DNA of 64,000 nt. It comes from a virus. Lineage: Duplodnaviria; Caudoviricetes. Under the pieces are notes generated by a model. It was not told the DNA's origin and searched no databases. It was given only the letters and a program-made list of their open reading frames with translations. Both the position numbers and the translations under genes were made by a program. The stretch lies in IMG/VR virus record IMGVR_UViG_3300028048_000097, positions 1 through 64,000 of that record; one strand, 5' to 3'. This document shows positions 36,623 to 48,905 of the stretch, one piece after another (within the stretch, counting starts at the first letter, position 1; each line of letters starts with the position of its first letter).

Positions 36623-39469
36623 ATGAGAATATCAGGTTTTACAACCACTCGTCCTAATATGCCTGCTACTCGCACGTATCAGGACTTTATGCAATTCTTG
36701 GGTGAAAGTGATTTGTGCCCAAGTAAAACCTTGTGAATTGCGGGAAGTCCTCTAGCTCATAATAATTGGATAACCCGCAGGGAAGCTTTAGTGTAATAGC
36801 TAAAGAACCTTCAACGACTAAGCCTTGAAACTAGAAATAGAATATATTAGGTACACGAGCGCAAGGCAGTGTTTTATACTGATGATATAGTCTGAACATA
36901 TACGATAGTAAAGTATATGAAGTATAAGTTAAACGCTTATATAGAACAAATAGACAAATCCGGCTAGACTTGGTATCGTATCTACTCTTTACGACCAGTA
37001 TACAGCCACTCACCTTACCGAAGCTCTTATGAATACTTACACGATGGAGCGTGGTAAGAAGGGATTTCAGTCAATTAATTCTTTTCTTATTGAATGGGAT
37101 CTTGCAGTAAATAAAATTAAAAGAATTCCAATCATTGCTGCTCCTGTTGGAACCGGCGTTAATGGTTGTGATATTAAATTCTATTTTGGCGAAAACTACT
37201 ATCAGATGTATGATACGTTTGTGGTAGAAAAGACTCGCCAACAGTTCTTTGTAACTAATATGCCTCAACGTCTTCGTGATAATTGCTGGCTTGTTGTTGC
37301 TAAGATTCTTGATAACGATTACGATTCTGTTGTTGATTATTATGGTGCTACGGCAGATGCTATGATTGGTCTTCAGACTCGTTTCGTTACAAACTATCAT
37401 CCAGAAATGCATGATCGTGGCTATGTCAAATATCAGTCGAATGTAGAAAAAATGCGTACACATATTTCTACACATCGTTGCGATGTTGATATGTCTGCTA
37501 TGTATAATGCACTTGAGGATGTATTTATCCAGATCGGTAAAGGTAAAGATGACGATCCTGTTTATAAGCTTAATACAGCTGAAAAGGATTGCTTAGATTC
37601 TTTCATGGAAGCTCGTAATAATGCACTTCTTTACGGAAAGACTGATGTAGATATTACTGGTAAGCCTTGACTTTCAATGAGTTACAGGGCCGCATAATGG
37701 TGACATTATGTAGAAATCAATCAAATTGCTGGGAAACCTTTAAGCAAATAACACCACAATATATATATGATGGTATGACAAGAGTATTTGATTAGGCAAT
37801 CAGCAGCAAAGGCCACTTTAAGTGGAATGTTCAACGACTAAAAGTTTGAAATCTTATGTATAAATATATAGTTTATAAAACGACGAATATAATAAATAAT
37901 AAAATTTACGTAGGTGTTCACAGAACAAACGTAGATATTAATGATGGATATATAGGTTGTGGATTATACAATTCGGAAAAAAGTCTTAAACAGTTTAAAA
38001 AGTATAAATTTCACAACGCGGTTAAAAAATACGGAGTTTCTAATTTTATACGCGAAACTTTATTTGAATTTGATGATACTGAAACTGGAAAACGATTAGC
38101 TTATAAAAAAGAGGCTGAAATTGTTAATAGAGAGTTTTTAAAGAGACCTGACGTTTATAACACATGTTTGGGTGGTAAAGTTCCGTCTTCTACATTAGAA
38201 AGAGAGATTGCACAGTATGATTTGGATGGCAATTTTATAAGATCTTACTATTCTATTACATATGCTTCTCAACTTACAGGAATATCTCATAGTGGTATTC
38301 AGGCAGCTTGTGCTAACGAGATAAAGTATTGTAAAAATTTTCAGTGAAAGTATTTTTATGGCGATGAAAGTAAAATTGAAGCAGTAACTACTCCAGAAAA
38401 AGTAGTATTTCAATTTGACCTTCAAGGTAATTATATTACCTATTATAAAAATTTATCAGATGCGGAACAAAATACAGGTATTAGCAAAAAAGGTATTTGT
38501 GATGTTTGTCTTAAAAAAAGGAGATCTTTTCATGGATACTACTGAAGTTACCAAAAAAAATTTGAGTATAAACCAAGAGATACTCAAGGTACAGCGGTAG
38601 CATGCTATACTGACAATGGTATTTTTGTTAAATCATATTCATCATTAACAGATGCAGCACAGCAATTAAATATACCTATATCATGTTTAAGTAGAACTTT
38701 AGCGGGATATAGAAAACATTGTGCTAAATATAGATGGCGTTATTTTTATGGTAACACTTCTAATATAGAGTCGTTATAAGATTAAGATATAGTCTGCTCT
38801 TTATAGAAATATAAAGCTAACAATAGGAAAATATATGATGAAATTGGGAGACCAATTATTACCGGTGATGGTGTTATTGCTCAGATCGAGCGTTTTGCTA
38901 CAAAGTTTGTATTTAACAAAATGAATGTTAATTACTTTGAGAAGGCTCTCCAGACAATGATAGCTAAGTCAGAAAAAGCTCAGGGTAATTCTTATGTAAT
39001 TCTTGCTAATTCTGCATTCTATCATGATTGGCAGAGAGTAATGTCAGCTTGGATTGGTGATAAGAAGACTGATGGTGCATTCCTTTACTCTAAAGGTTCT
39101 AACGGTTATATGAATCTTGGTGCTACATATGAAGGCTATACATATGGTGGTAACAGCATTATTGTTAAGATTGAGAGATCTCTTGATGTTGAATTCCCTA
39201 CTCGTGAATACGCATTAATGCTTGACCTTACAGCAGATGCTTCTACTGGCAAGCCCGCGATTGCTTACTTTACATTTAAAGGTGGTGATTTTATTCATAA
39301 CTACATTAATGGAGTTGGTGGTTCTACTGGTTTAGCTTCTGGTGAAGTTTCTAGCCCTATTGCTGCTCGTAAGCTTATTAACTGGGGTTATGCTGGTGTC
39401 GGCGTATTTAATCCTTATCGTTCTGTAATCCTTATGTCTGAGGAAAACAGAGATAGTTTCTGGGTTTAA
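36623..39469 (+). CDS. Major capsid protein, three exons (36623-36703, 36954-37667, 38828-39469)
   Basis: Spliced product reads MRISGFTTTRPNM...QFLG|TNPARLGIVSTLY...GKTDVDITGKP|KIYDEIGRPIITGDGVIAQIERFA..., typical of crAss-like MCP. All junctions are in frame. Confidence 0.92.
36704..36953 (+). mobile_element. Group I intron 1 in the MCP (250 nt, no ORF)
   Basis: P1 cttgggU/gcccaag (36717-36723) and P10 gatttgt (36710-36716)/acaaatc. Core elements gtgaattgcgggaa, ttcaacgacta and gatatagtctg. Ends in G. Confidence 0.92.
37668..38827 (+). mobile_element. Group I intron 2 in the MCP, with a GIY-YIG ORF
   Basis: The exon ends gccU, pairing with gggc. Core elements aattgctgggaa, aatcagcag, ttcaacgacta and gatatagtctg. 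Ends aacaatagG and restores the frame. Confidence 0.88.
37856..38779 (+). CDS. Intron-encoded GIY-YIG homing endonuclease with NUMOD1-type repeats (307 aa); TGA=Trp
   Basis: YIVYKTTNIINNKIYVGVH. Three repeats of the type (Q)YDLDGNFI..Y.S...A......I...C....W.Y. TAA at 38777-38779. Confidence 0.85.
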
Positions 39470-39491
39470 TATTTAAAATTTAGAATTATAT

Positions 39492-39535
39492 AAATCTCTC
39501 CCCTATCCCCCTAATATTATAGGGGAGAGATTTTT
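39492..39535 (+). terminator. Terminator or stabilising hairpin after the MCP
   Basis: 15-bp inverted repeat aaatctctcccctat / ataggggagagattt. Confidence 0.8.
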
Positions 39536-39563
39536 ATATTTATAGTTTATTAAGATAAGTTAT

Positions 39564-40409
39564 ATGGCAGATAAAATTATACTCCGTAATGTATACGGAA
39601 AGATGAAGGAAATTCATATTCAGCCTGGCCGTCAGCAAAATGGAAATAGATGGCCTTTTGTAAAACCTGTTAGATACGACTCAATGGGTAATTCTGAAAT
39701 GATTTTAAGTACAGATGAATTAAATGATCCTATGAGAGAATATTTTATTCCTGAGGATATGGATATTATTCTTACAGATGGTAAGGTTTTTGATCTTACT
39801 AATCCTCTTGAAAAGAATGTTTGGGAGTCTATTCAATATTCTGATTTAATTGCTCCTACTCGTGGTTCTAGAGATAAAAACGGTAATCTTTATATTGATG
39901 GTAACAAGTACCGTTATGGTACTGCTGAATTTTATGTAGAAATTCCTGGTGAGGAATCTGCAAGAACTGTCAAAAAGAGACAGAAAATTACTGAAGCTTG
40001 GACATTGATTGGCCAGGATTCTGAATCTGGTAGATTAACTAAATGTAAGCTTCTTGGTAAGATTATGTTAAATGCTCCTGCAACCGATGTTACCGATTGG
40101 TTGTATAATAGAGCACAAGATAATCCAGAGGAAGTTATTGAACTTTATAAAGGCAGTGATGCTGGTTTGAAACTTCTTCAGATTGATGCAAAGGAAAGAG
40201 GTATTATTGTAAAGAAAGACGGTATGTACATGTATGGTGAAACTATTCTTGGTGCAACTGATTCTGCTGTACTACTATTCTTTAAGGATCCTCAAAATCA
40301 GAGAATTCTTCAGTTTATTAAAGATGAAACCTATCCTGAATATGCATCTAAAGTAGATCCTGTTCCAACGATAACAGAACCTGCTAAAAAGACTACTTCG
40401 AAAAAGTAA
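39564..40409 (+). CDS. Conserved crAss-like capsid-module protein
   Basis: Uninterrupted 281-aa ORF right after the MCP. Trp is encoded only by TGG. Confidence 0.75.
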   Translation: MADKIILRNVYGKMKEIHIQPGRQQNGNRWPFVKPVRYDSMGNSEMILSTDELNDPMREYFIPEDMDIILTDGKVFDLTNPLEKNVWESIQYSDLIAPTRGSRDKNGNLYIDGNKYRYGTAEFYVEIPGEESARTVKKRQKITEAWTLIGQDSESGRLTKCKLLGKIMLNAPATDVTDWLYNRAQDNPEEVIELYKGSDAGLKLLQIDAKERGIIVKKDGMYMYGETILGATDSAVLLFFKDPQNQRILQFIKDETYPEYASKVDPVPTITEPAKKTTSKK

Positions 40410-40464
40410 TAAAATAAAATATAGAGATTGGATATAATCCTCATAACTTAAATTTTATAACTAC

Positions 40465-41451
40465 ATGACTTCCAGAGAGTTATATGAATATGCTCTTATT
40501 GAGTTAAATAAATTAGAAGCGCCTAGTCTTTTACTTGAGGATTATAATTATTTTATAAACAAGGCGGTTCAGCAATATATCAATTTGATATATGCAAAAC
40601 TTGAACTTGACCAGCAAAGTGTAGACGATTTACGTGTACTTAAAACTTCTACAATACTTACTCCAGAAAAACTTACAGATAGCGTAGTTGGATCTACTGG
40701 AATTGTTAATAATAGTCTTATGGGTAATTTTTATTATGCGAATTTACCAAAAGATTATTTACATCTTATTAACTGTATTGTAGAATATAAAGTGCAAAAG
40801 TCAAATTTTAAATGCTATGATAAAGATGACAGTGTTTATTTTGCTGCAAGAAGATTAACTTCTGATATGTATGCACAAATTATAAACAATGCTTATCTAA
40901 GACCTACTTATAAACGTCCTTATTATTATTTAAATAATATTAATCAACAAAATCAAATAGTTACAGATAGTACTAATGATACTATGATTTTAAATTATAA
41001 TAAAGGAAGCCATACTGATTCTATAGAAGGAACTACAGATAGTACTGTACCTAGCGGCACTAATTGGGATACTGACAACAGCAAATATATTGATTCTAAT
41101 TTAGTTGATGCTTATAATACAGCTGGTGATAGGTTAGCAAATCCTGGTTTAGTACGATTAGAACTTCGTTTTGGTAGAGACGATAGTATTTTTAAACCTG
41201 TTAGACTTTATGTAGATTACGTCAAAGCTCCTATGTATATTAGACTTACACAAGAGCAAATTGATTCTACACTTGATTACTCTCAAGTTCTTGAATTTCC
41301 AGATTATGTCTGCTTTGAAATTGTAAACATCTTTACTAGATTATTAATGGAAAACGCTAGTGATCCTAGATTACAAACAAATATGCCTATTAATAATACT
41401 ATTGCTAATCCTGTTTTACAACAGCAAGCAGCTGCACAAAATAATAAATAG
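40465..41451 (+). CDS. Head-tail connector/ring-type structural protein
   Basis: 328 aa. LIELNKLEAPSLLLEDYNYFINKAV...QQSVDDLRVL...EFPDYVCFEIVN resembles crAss-like ring proteins. Confidence 0.7.
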   Translation: MTSRELYEYALIELNKLEAPSLLLEDYNYFINKAVQQYINLIYAKLELDQQSVDDLRVLKTSTILTPEKLTDSVVGSTGIVNNSLMGNFYYANLPKDYLHLINCIVEYKVQKSNFKCYDKDDSVYFAARRLTSDMYAQIINNAYLRPTYKRPYYYLNNINQQNQIVTDSTNDTMILNYNKGSHTDSIEGTTDSTVPSGTNWDTDNSKYIDSNLVDAYNTAGDRLANPGLVRLELRFGRDDSIFKPVRLYVDYVKAPMYIRLTQEQIDSTLDYSQVLEFPDYVCFEIVNIFTRLLMENASDPRLQTNMPINNTIANPVLQQQAAAQNNK

Positions 41452-41461
41452 AAAATAAATT

Positions 41462-42358
41462 ATGTTTAATTATATTAAAGACACAATTATTAACGATGTT
41501 GCTAATACAATCGTTGTTGATAGCGCTACCAGCACTGTAGTTGTTAAACGTGGTGGTAACTATAATGTTGATAACATTATAGATAAGAAGATTTTTAAAA
41601 CTGTGGGTAATACTGGTGTAAATGCAGTTCTTAGTGTTCCTTTTGTCGCTGTTCCTTCTGGTTCAGATTATCGTCACTATGCTATCTTTGTTTCCACTCC
41701 TAGCCAGCAGCTTTCCGACTATGCTTTTGCTAATTGGGCCGAATTTGGTAAACCTATTCTTTTTGAATCTGCTGCTAAGAATGTAAATGATCTTGCTAAT
41801 ACATTTAAGCTTATGCTTCAGCCTGATAACGCAATGTATACTGTTAGTGTTAGTGGTTCTAATGTTATTCTTACTTTCAAAGAAAGTTGGATGCATGTTT
41901 CTGAAGCTAAGGTTTATAATCATATAATTGCAACAGATACACTTGAAGAGGATACGACTAACGCTCCTACAGTAACGACTGAAAATAAGACTGAATTTGG
42001 TACAGCTAAATGGATTGTTGAAAATCTTCGCTTCCCTAGCTATCCTAACCTTCGTTACAACCATCTTTATGCTGATGAATCTCCTGTCGCTGGTACGGTT
42101 TATGATCAGTATACATTTAAATATGGTGTAAAACACTATATTGATGGCGGTCTTTCTGGTGTTGGTCAGAATGTTGATTCTATTACCACTCATGTATTCT
42201 ATGTGCCTCATGCTCAAGTTTCTACATTTGAAGGTAAATGGAGTGGTTGCGACTTTGTTCCAATCGCAAGAAAGGATGAAGTTTCTAGCATGAATGTTTA
42301 TGCTAATGATATGGCTTCTGCCGCATCTGCTGCTGTTGAAGCTGCTGCAGAACCGTAA
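41462..42358 (+). CDS. Structural protein, possibly an auxiliary capsid protein
   Basis: Uninterrupted 298-aa ORF with high-expression-type codons, followed by a terminator. Confidence 0.65.
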   Translation: MFNYIKDTIINDVANTIVVDSATSTVVVKRGGNYNVDNIIDKKIFKTVGNTGVNAVLSVPFVAVPSGSDYRHYAIFVSTPSQQLSDYAFANWAEFGKPILFESAAKNVNDLANTFKLMLQPDNAMYTVSVSGSNVILTFKESWMHVSEAKVYNHIIATDTLEEDTTNAPTVTTENKTEFGTAKWIVENLRFPSYPNLRYNHLYADESPVAGTVYDQYTFKYGVKHYIDGGLSGVGQNVDSITTHVFYVPHAQVSTFEGKWSGCDFVPIARKDEVSSMNVYANDMASAASAAVEAAAEP

Positions 42359-42375
42359 TAAATTTAAAATATTAG

Positions 42376-42418
42376 AAAAAGAGCGAGTGAGAGATTAAAT
42401 CTCGCCCGCTCTTTTTTT
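42376..42418 (+). terminator. Intrinsic terminator
   Basis: Stem aaaaagagcgagtgaga / tctcgcccgctcttttttt. Confidence 0.8.
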
Positions 42419-42438
42419 ATTTAAATACGCATATAATT

Positions 42439-43104
42439 ATGACAATAAATCAAATCGCATCTGTAGTATTTAATGATCTTTTTGGAGGTTCTATGATTCC
42501 ACCTTCAAATAGATCTTTACTATCGCTAGAACAATTAGAAGACGAAGCTATAGAGATGCGTAAGTCTGTAATTAAAGAATTCTATCATCGCAACATGCTT
42601 TCTTTTAACGATATTGCTTATGCGATAAATTGCATAGAAATCGATTGCGATGATATGAATCGTTGTCCATGTAAATCACTTCCTGGAAAAATTGCTCAAC
42701 ATTTTGAAATTCCAAAATTACTTGATGCTCTTGGAAATGATGCCATCATATTTATTGGTAGTGTTGATAGAGTTGTATCATATAGAATTTATAATAGTTT
42801 AGCTGCTGCAAATTATCAAGCTTTTAAAAAACGTCATGCAGATGAACCTTATGTATTTATTGATAAAACTCCAAATAAAAATGGAATGATTGATGGGTGA
42901 ATAATGAACGCTCCATTTGTTAAATATATATCTGTAGTTGGGATATTTGATGATCCTAGAAAATTAGAAGCTTTTAACTGCTGTCAATCTGATGGATATT
43001 TAGAGATGGGGTCTTTAAGTCAAGAAATTATAAGACGGATGTTGGTTAATAAAACCCAACTTTATCGTAATATTGCTCCTCCTGCATCTCAATTAACATC
43101 ATAG
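42439..43104 (+). CDS. Ring or tail structural protein; TGA=Trp
   Basis: Track ORFs 42439 and 42904 are joined in frame by one TGA. Contains YISVVGIFDDP. Confidence 0.7.
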
Positions 43105-43105
43105 T

Positions 43106-43801
43106 ATGAGTAAATTATATAATTTAAAATCAGTGTACTCTCATGTCAAAACTTTATATGACATTGAACCAGATACACAAGAATTTGAGGATTTAGCATT
43201 AGTAGCCTGAAATCTTATTGGAAACAAACATACAAGATTATATAGATATATTGGCGACACAAAAGATAGAACTCTTGAGTTGCCTTGTAATGTTGAACAT
43301 ATAGAATCTGTACATATTCCAATTGAGGATGCACAAATGACATCTAGTAAAGATATTTATTATGATATAGATTCTTTATTTATTGAACATTATATCAATG
43401 CATGAAAGTGACATGATGATCCATTTTATCATAAAGGTAAATTAGTAAAATATAAAGAAGGAGACGATAAACTTTATTTTACTAGAGATTATCGTAAAGT
43501 GGTTGTTATTTATCATGGAATTTTTGCAGATGAGGATGAAGGCTTACCGCTAATAAATGATAAAGAAATGAATGCTATTGCAGCTTATATAGCATATGTT
43601 ACTTTATTTAAAGAAGGTTTAAGAAAACGTGATAAATCAACTTTAGAGTTAGCTAATGTGTTAAAAGAAGATTGATTAAGAAAGTGTAATTCTGCTAGAA
43701 TAGTCGAACATATTAGCCAGAATGAAATGAATGCGATCCTTGATGTAAAATCACGTTGAGATCGAAAAAATTATAATTTTAGCTTCAAACCTATATTATA
43801 A
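43106..43801 (+). CDS. Tail tubular/ring protein (P22 gp4-like); TGA=Trp
   Basis: ATG at 43106. ALVAWNLIGNKH...LELPCNVEHIESV...DEGLPLINDKE...WLRKCNSAR. TAA at 43799-43801. Confidence 0.7.
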
Positions 43802-44770
43802 TGACTGGTTATATATACATATGTACCTGTATTACTACCAATAAAAGTTATATTGGACAAACAAGGCAATCTTTTTCTAAAAGAAAAAATGAGCATTTAC
43901 GCCATTATAATAATAAAAACTATCCTAATTATAATTGTAAGTTCTATAGAGCTCTTAGAAAATATAGTAAAGAAAATTTTTATTGAAGTGTATTAAAAAT
44001 TGTAGAGAGTACAACGATAAAAAATCTTATTGACGAACTTAATTACTGAGAAATTTATTATATTGATAAATTTAATAGTTATAAAAACGGATATAATATG
44101 ACTTTCGGTGGGGATACTTCTAAAAAGATTTATAAAAAAATAAATGTATATGATAAGAACGGGGTATTTATAAAGACTTTTGATAATATTGTAGAGGCAT
44201 CAAACGAATATAATATTTGTAAAAGTACAATATGATCAAATTGCAATAGAGTAAGTACTTTTGTAAAATGAAATAATACAAGACTTATTTTTAGATGGGC
44301 TGATAATGGAATTTGTGATTCAGATTTAAATCGTTTAATAAGCGTAAATTATCAAAAAGAAATATCTATGTATTCTATAGATGGAGTTAAACTAGGTACT
44401 TTCTCTAGTTCAAAAGAAATTTCTCAGAAATTTAATATAAGTTGCAGTAAAGTTACTAAAAATTGTAGAAGATTAATTTCATTTGTTCAAATAAACTCTG
44501 ATAAATATATTTTTAGATATATTGATGATACTATTACAGAAGAAGATTTGGCTAAAGCAAGAAATGTAAAAAGTATGCCTAAAGTATCAGTAATAGCTAT
44601 TGATTCTATCACAAATGAAATAATTGGAGAATTTGTAACTCAAAAAGAAGCTGGAAGAATATTAGGCGTAATTGCGCATAATATAAGTGAAGTTTGTTCC
44701 GGAAAAAGAAAATCGGCTGGGAAGTATAATAATCATCCGATTATTTGAAAACGTAAACCTATATTATAAT
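43787..44770. repeat. 16-bp direct repeat aaacctatattataat flanking the GIY-YIG gene (43787-43802 and 44755-44770)
   Basis: An identical 16-mer was read at both positions. Confidence 0.85.
43801..44769 (+). CDS. Free-standing GIY-YIG endonuclease with NUMOD1-type repeats (322 aa); TGA=Trp
   Basis: GYIYICTC...KSYIGQT..., EIYYIDKFNSYKNGYNMTFGG. Frame 1 continues to TAA at 44767-44769. Confidence 0.85.
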
Positions 44771-45217
44771 ATGTCATATATTAAAACTGATTTCTGTTTT
44801 ACATCATACGATATTTTTAGTACTTTTAATTTAAAGCAATTAAAGATTAAAAGAACTGTTGTACAAGATAAATACGGATGTAATAAAAAGCAACGTTTTT
44901 GTGCATTAGTTTTTACATATTGCTGTTATTTAATAGTTTTGGATATTATCCAAAATAATGCTACCTTTGTATTACCATTGTTTAATCATAAATATGCTAG
45001 TATTTTTGTTAAGCCTATTACTGGCGAGACATTAAAATTTGCAAGACAACATGGTGCGTTTAGAGATTTAGATTTATTAATGACCAACTTTACAGGATAT
45101 CAAATGATATATTCTTGAGAAACAGGTGGCCGTTATAAAGAAAAACCAATCTATATTAATAAACGATTTAAAGACGTATTATATAAATATGCGAATGAAG
45201 GTAAACAGTATTATTAA
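44771..45217 (+). CDS. IHF/HU-like protein (first of a crAss-type pair); TGA=Trp
   Basis: ATG at 44771. VLDIIQNNATFVLP...KEKPIYINKRFKD...NEGKQYY. Located before the muzzle genes. Confidence 0.6.
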
Positions 45218-45765
45218 TGGAAATTAAGCGTGTTGAAGATTATTACGATAAAATAAAAGAGAAATTTCCTGATTTAGAAATGTGAGAAATTGAAAAAATT
45301 CTAAATCATGGGTTTCAGTCGATGTTTACACTAAATAATAATGGTGCAGATGTTATGCTTAAATCTCAAAAAGGATTTTTAATGTATTTTGGTAGACTTT
45401 TTAATAATAAAGATTTGTGATGAAAATATAGAAACATTAAATCTAGAATTAAATTCAGAATCAAATATCTTGCAAAAAAACCTGTATGAGATGGGATTTA
45501 TTATTTTGGATTAACTGAAGAAGAATATAATACATTAATACCTAAGAAAAAAGGTAGATATAAGAATAAAATCACATTTCCAAAATTAAGAATATATAAA
45601 ATCAAAGAAGAAGCTTGCTTGTTATATAATATTAAATATTTGTTTAAATTAACAGGCGAAGAAGATCAGGGTTTATCAAATACTCTGAGTAATTTTTCAA
45701 CACGAAATATAGAACTTATTGAAATAAAAGATAAAAATGGTAAAATGCAAAAAGTAAATGGCTAG
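45217..45765 (+). CDS. IHF/HU-like protein (second of the pair); TGA=Trp
   Basis: TAATG coupling. Basic protein with tandem TGATGA at 45418. TAG at 45763-45765. Confidence 0.55.
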
Positions 45766-48700
45766 AAGAGAAGCAGTAAATACATTCACTGATGGTATGA
45801 TCAGTGATTTAAATCCAATAAACACTCCAAATACAGTTTTAACGGATTGTTTAAATGGAACTCTGATTACTTATGATGGAAACGAATATACTTTACAAAA
45901 TGATAAGGGAAATTTTCCATTAAAAGATTGTAAATTACAAGAAAATTATATACCGGTTGGAGTAAGGGAATACGGTGATATATTATATATAGTATCGTAT
46001 AATCCTATAACTAAACATGTACAGATAGGTTCGTATCCTTCTCCAGAAACAATTTTTGACGAATTTGATATTAATGGTTTAATCCCAGACAATAATTTAA
46101 ATTATGACAATGTTAATTCTATATGAGATAGAATTATAAATTCGATAAAGTATTCAGAATTAACGGAAGATCTTGAAAATTTAAAATTATTCTATGGACC
46201 TATTCCAGAAAATTATAAAATAAATCCTGGTGACAAATATAAACTTGAATTAACGGGCCTTCCTAATAGTGCAAACGGATTAGATTTAGGAACTTTTGAA
46301 GGATTTGAATTTTATATTTTTGATGAAAATCGTAAACCTTATGATATTACAAAAAATATAGAAATAAATACACAGGAACATACATATACTAGTTGAAAAG
46401 TTCCTGGATATATGGCTACAAAATTACGTTTTGCACAAATTGACGATTTTAAAGTAAATATACGAAAAGTAATCGTACCTACTTATACTATTACTGGACA
46501 AAGCGCACTTAAAGAATTATCATTAAATTTTCAATATTTTATTTCTGATTATTTATATAATAATCATGTTGTTAAAACAATAGGATCTTTAAAATTATTA
46601 ATTGAAATACGAAGAAATGGTTCCGCTCTTCCGTCTATAGTAAGTGAAAATAGTAATAATTCTCCTATACAAATAGTTGATCTTAAAAACGGAACATATT
46701 GTTATTATATTGACTGGACTTTACCTAATACAGATGATTATAAATGTGATTCTGATGATAAATTGGAATTGGTAGTTACGCCATTTGTAGAGTTAAATCA
46801 GAAAATAGTATATTATGATAAATTTAAAAGAACATTAACTTTTGACTTAGCGCAAAAAGGTGATGTCAATGATTTTGATATTGGAGAAGGTATTTGAAGA
46901 TATACCGTTGACGACAAATTAATTTTATATTTTGATACTTCTGGGGTGCAGGAAACTTCCGTATTTGCACAAGACGTAGAACTACAATATAAAATTACTA
47001 GAATTTCTAATAATACTGATATTGGAGATTGAAGATCTATATATGATTGAAATGTAGTTGGTGATACAATATTAAAAATTGATTTTGACCCTTGAACCGG
47101 TGTATTTGATACTACTAAATTTTATGCTGAAGATTATTATCAAATATCGTTTAGATTTATTGATCCCGAATCCAATGGTTTGCTACGTCAAGATTTAATA
47201 ACTAAAAGTTTATTAGCTACAGAATTATTAAACGGTAGTTCTTCAAAGCATTATGATAAAGTTTATTTTGATGAATGAATAAATAATTATCCAGACCATA
47301 TTAAAAATAAACATATTAGTGTGGCAGCCGAAATTGATCCAAATAGTGTTATTACTGACGAAGATGCAAAATATGATAATAATTATACAACTTGATATTA
47401 TAATTCAGAACTTAACAAATATCCTACTTATATTAATAGTACTTTAATAAATTCTGAAAATGGAATTCCTGATTTTAATATTTCTTCAGAATTAAAATTT
47501 GAAACTAATATTACATATAATTCGGACATTGAAGTATTGAAAGGTCCTCTTTGAACTAATTTAAATAGTATATTAAACTATACAAATACAAAATCAGCAT
47601 TAATAAACACTACTACTGGTAAAATACAACAATCCGATGTAAATATTTTGGACTCCAGAATAAACTCTCTTAAGAAAACATTAAACTATAAGCTCATACA
47701 ACAAGGCGGTCCTGGAAAAATTGTAGCAATTGAAGAAGGTCCTGTTAAAAAATCAGGTCCTACTGATATAATTATTACAGCAAATGGTATTTATGAAGAT
47801 GATATATCTCCAAATGGTAAACCAGAACCTGATTTAGAAGTAACTATTAATGATGGATCTCAAAAAGATATTTATATTAATAAAACAACTTCATTTAACA
47901 ATAGTACTGTATCGAAATTATTAAATAAATTAAATACAAACGATGTATTATTTTGTAAGCTAGATATACCATCTCAAACACTTGGTGATGATAGTAGACC
48001 TTCTGAGAATCACAATGTATTAAAATTCAAAATAGGAGAAGGGCTATCTGATGGATTTACATATGCTTCTGCTACTGGAGATACAACTTCTTCTACATAT
48101 TATGCTGTTTTTAAATATCCTGGTGAAACAGCTTCTAGTGGAGGAAGACGAACAGAACAATCAAAACTACTATTTGTTAGAGTTGGTAATTTAACTACAT
48201 CTGGAGATACAGTTACATCAACGTTTTCTGATTCTGGAAGTGCACACACATTGTTTAATAATTGAGTTTCTAGAATAAAACATTATAAAGGATTGGGTTA
48301 TTCTGTTATTGGAAATTTTTATAAAGCTGAACAGGCAACACCTTCTACAAAAATTCCAACTATTAGTATTGAAACTTATCCAGAATTAACATTTGATAGT
48401 TGAACGTTTAATAACCACAATATGTTTAACTCTTTAGATAGAAGTTCTATTAGTAGTATTGATAATTTTTTCAAATTATCTTCTACAGAAAAAGAAATAT
48501 TATTACTATCTGGAATAAAATTAGATAAAAATGTTGTAGAACTTCAATATGATGGTAACACCGATACTATAGATGCTGTATTAGCACAAGTTCAACAAAA
48601 AATTAATGATAGGAATAGTTTGGTAGAACAAAATATTGTTTCTTGGCGTGAAGATACATTTGTTCAAGCTCATTCTGATGAAGACAGTGAATATTTAGAT

Positions 48701-48904
48701 GAATTTTCTTATGAAACTACTTCTTTAAATAGTAATGACGTACCATTATTAGCAATGTTGAATAAAACATATAATTGTAGTACACCTGTAATGTTTGTAA
48801 TTAGAGATTACTATTGAATATCAGGGTACGGTCATAATACATCGGCTGAATACATTCAACAAAATTATATGGGGGTTTCTGACTCAGAAGTAGCTATAAC
48901 TTAA
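45758..48904 (+). CDS. Tail stabilization/muzzle-associated protein 1 (about 1048 aa); TGA=Trp
   Basis: NTFTDGMISDLNPINTPNTVLTDCLNGTLITYDGNEYTLQNDKGN is a characteristic stabilization-protein N-terminus. Fragments 45758, 46412, 47648 and 48422 share a frame. Confidence 0.75.
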
Positions 48905-48905
48905 T

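Noticed and set aside
36831-37475. Minus-strand ORFs over the MCP intron and exon, and similar short minus-strand ORFs elsewhere (for example 41663-42217, 58318-58803)
   Set aside because: They overlap well-supported + strand genes or ribozyme cores and show no protein motifs.
44687-44770. GTG start at 44687 for the IHF-like gene
   Set aside because: It lies inside the GIY-YIG gene. ATG 44771, directly after the duplicated initiation region, is more plausible.
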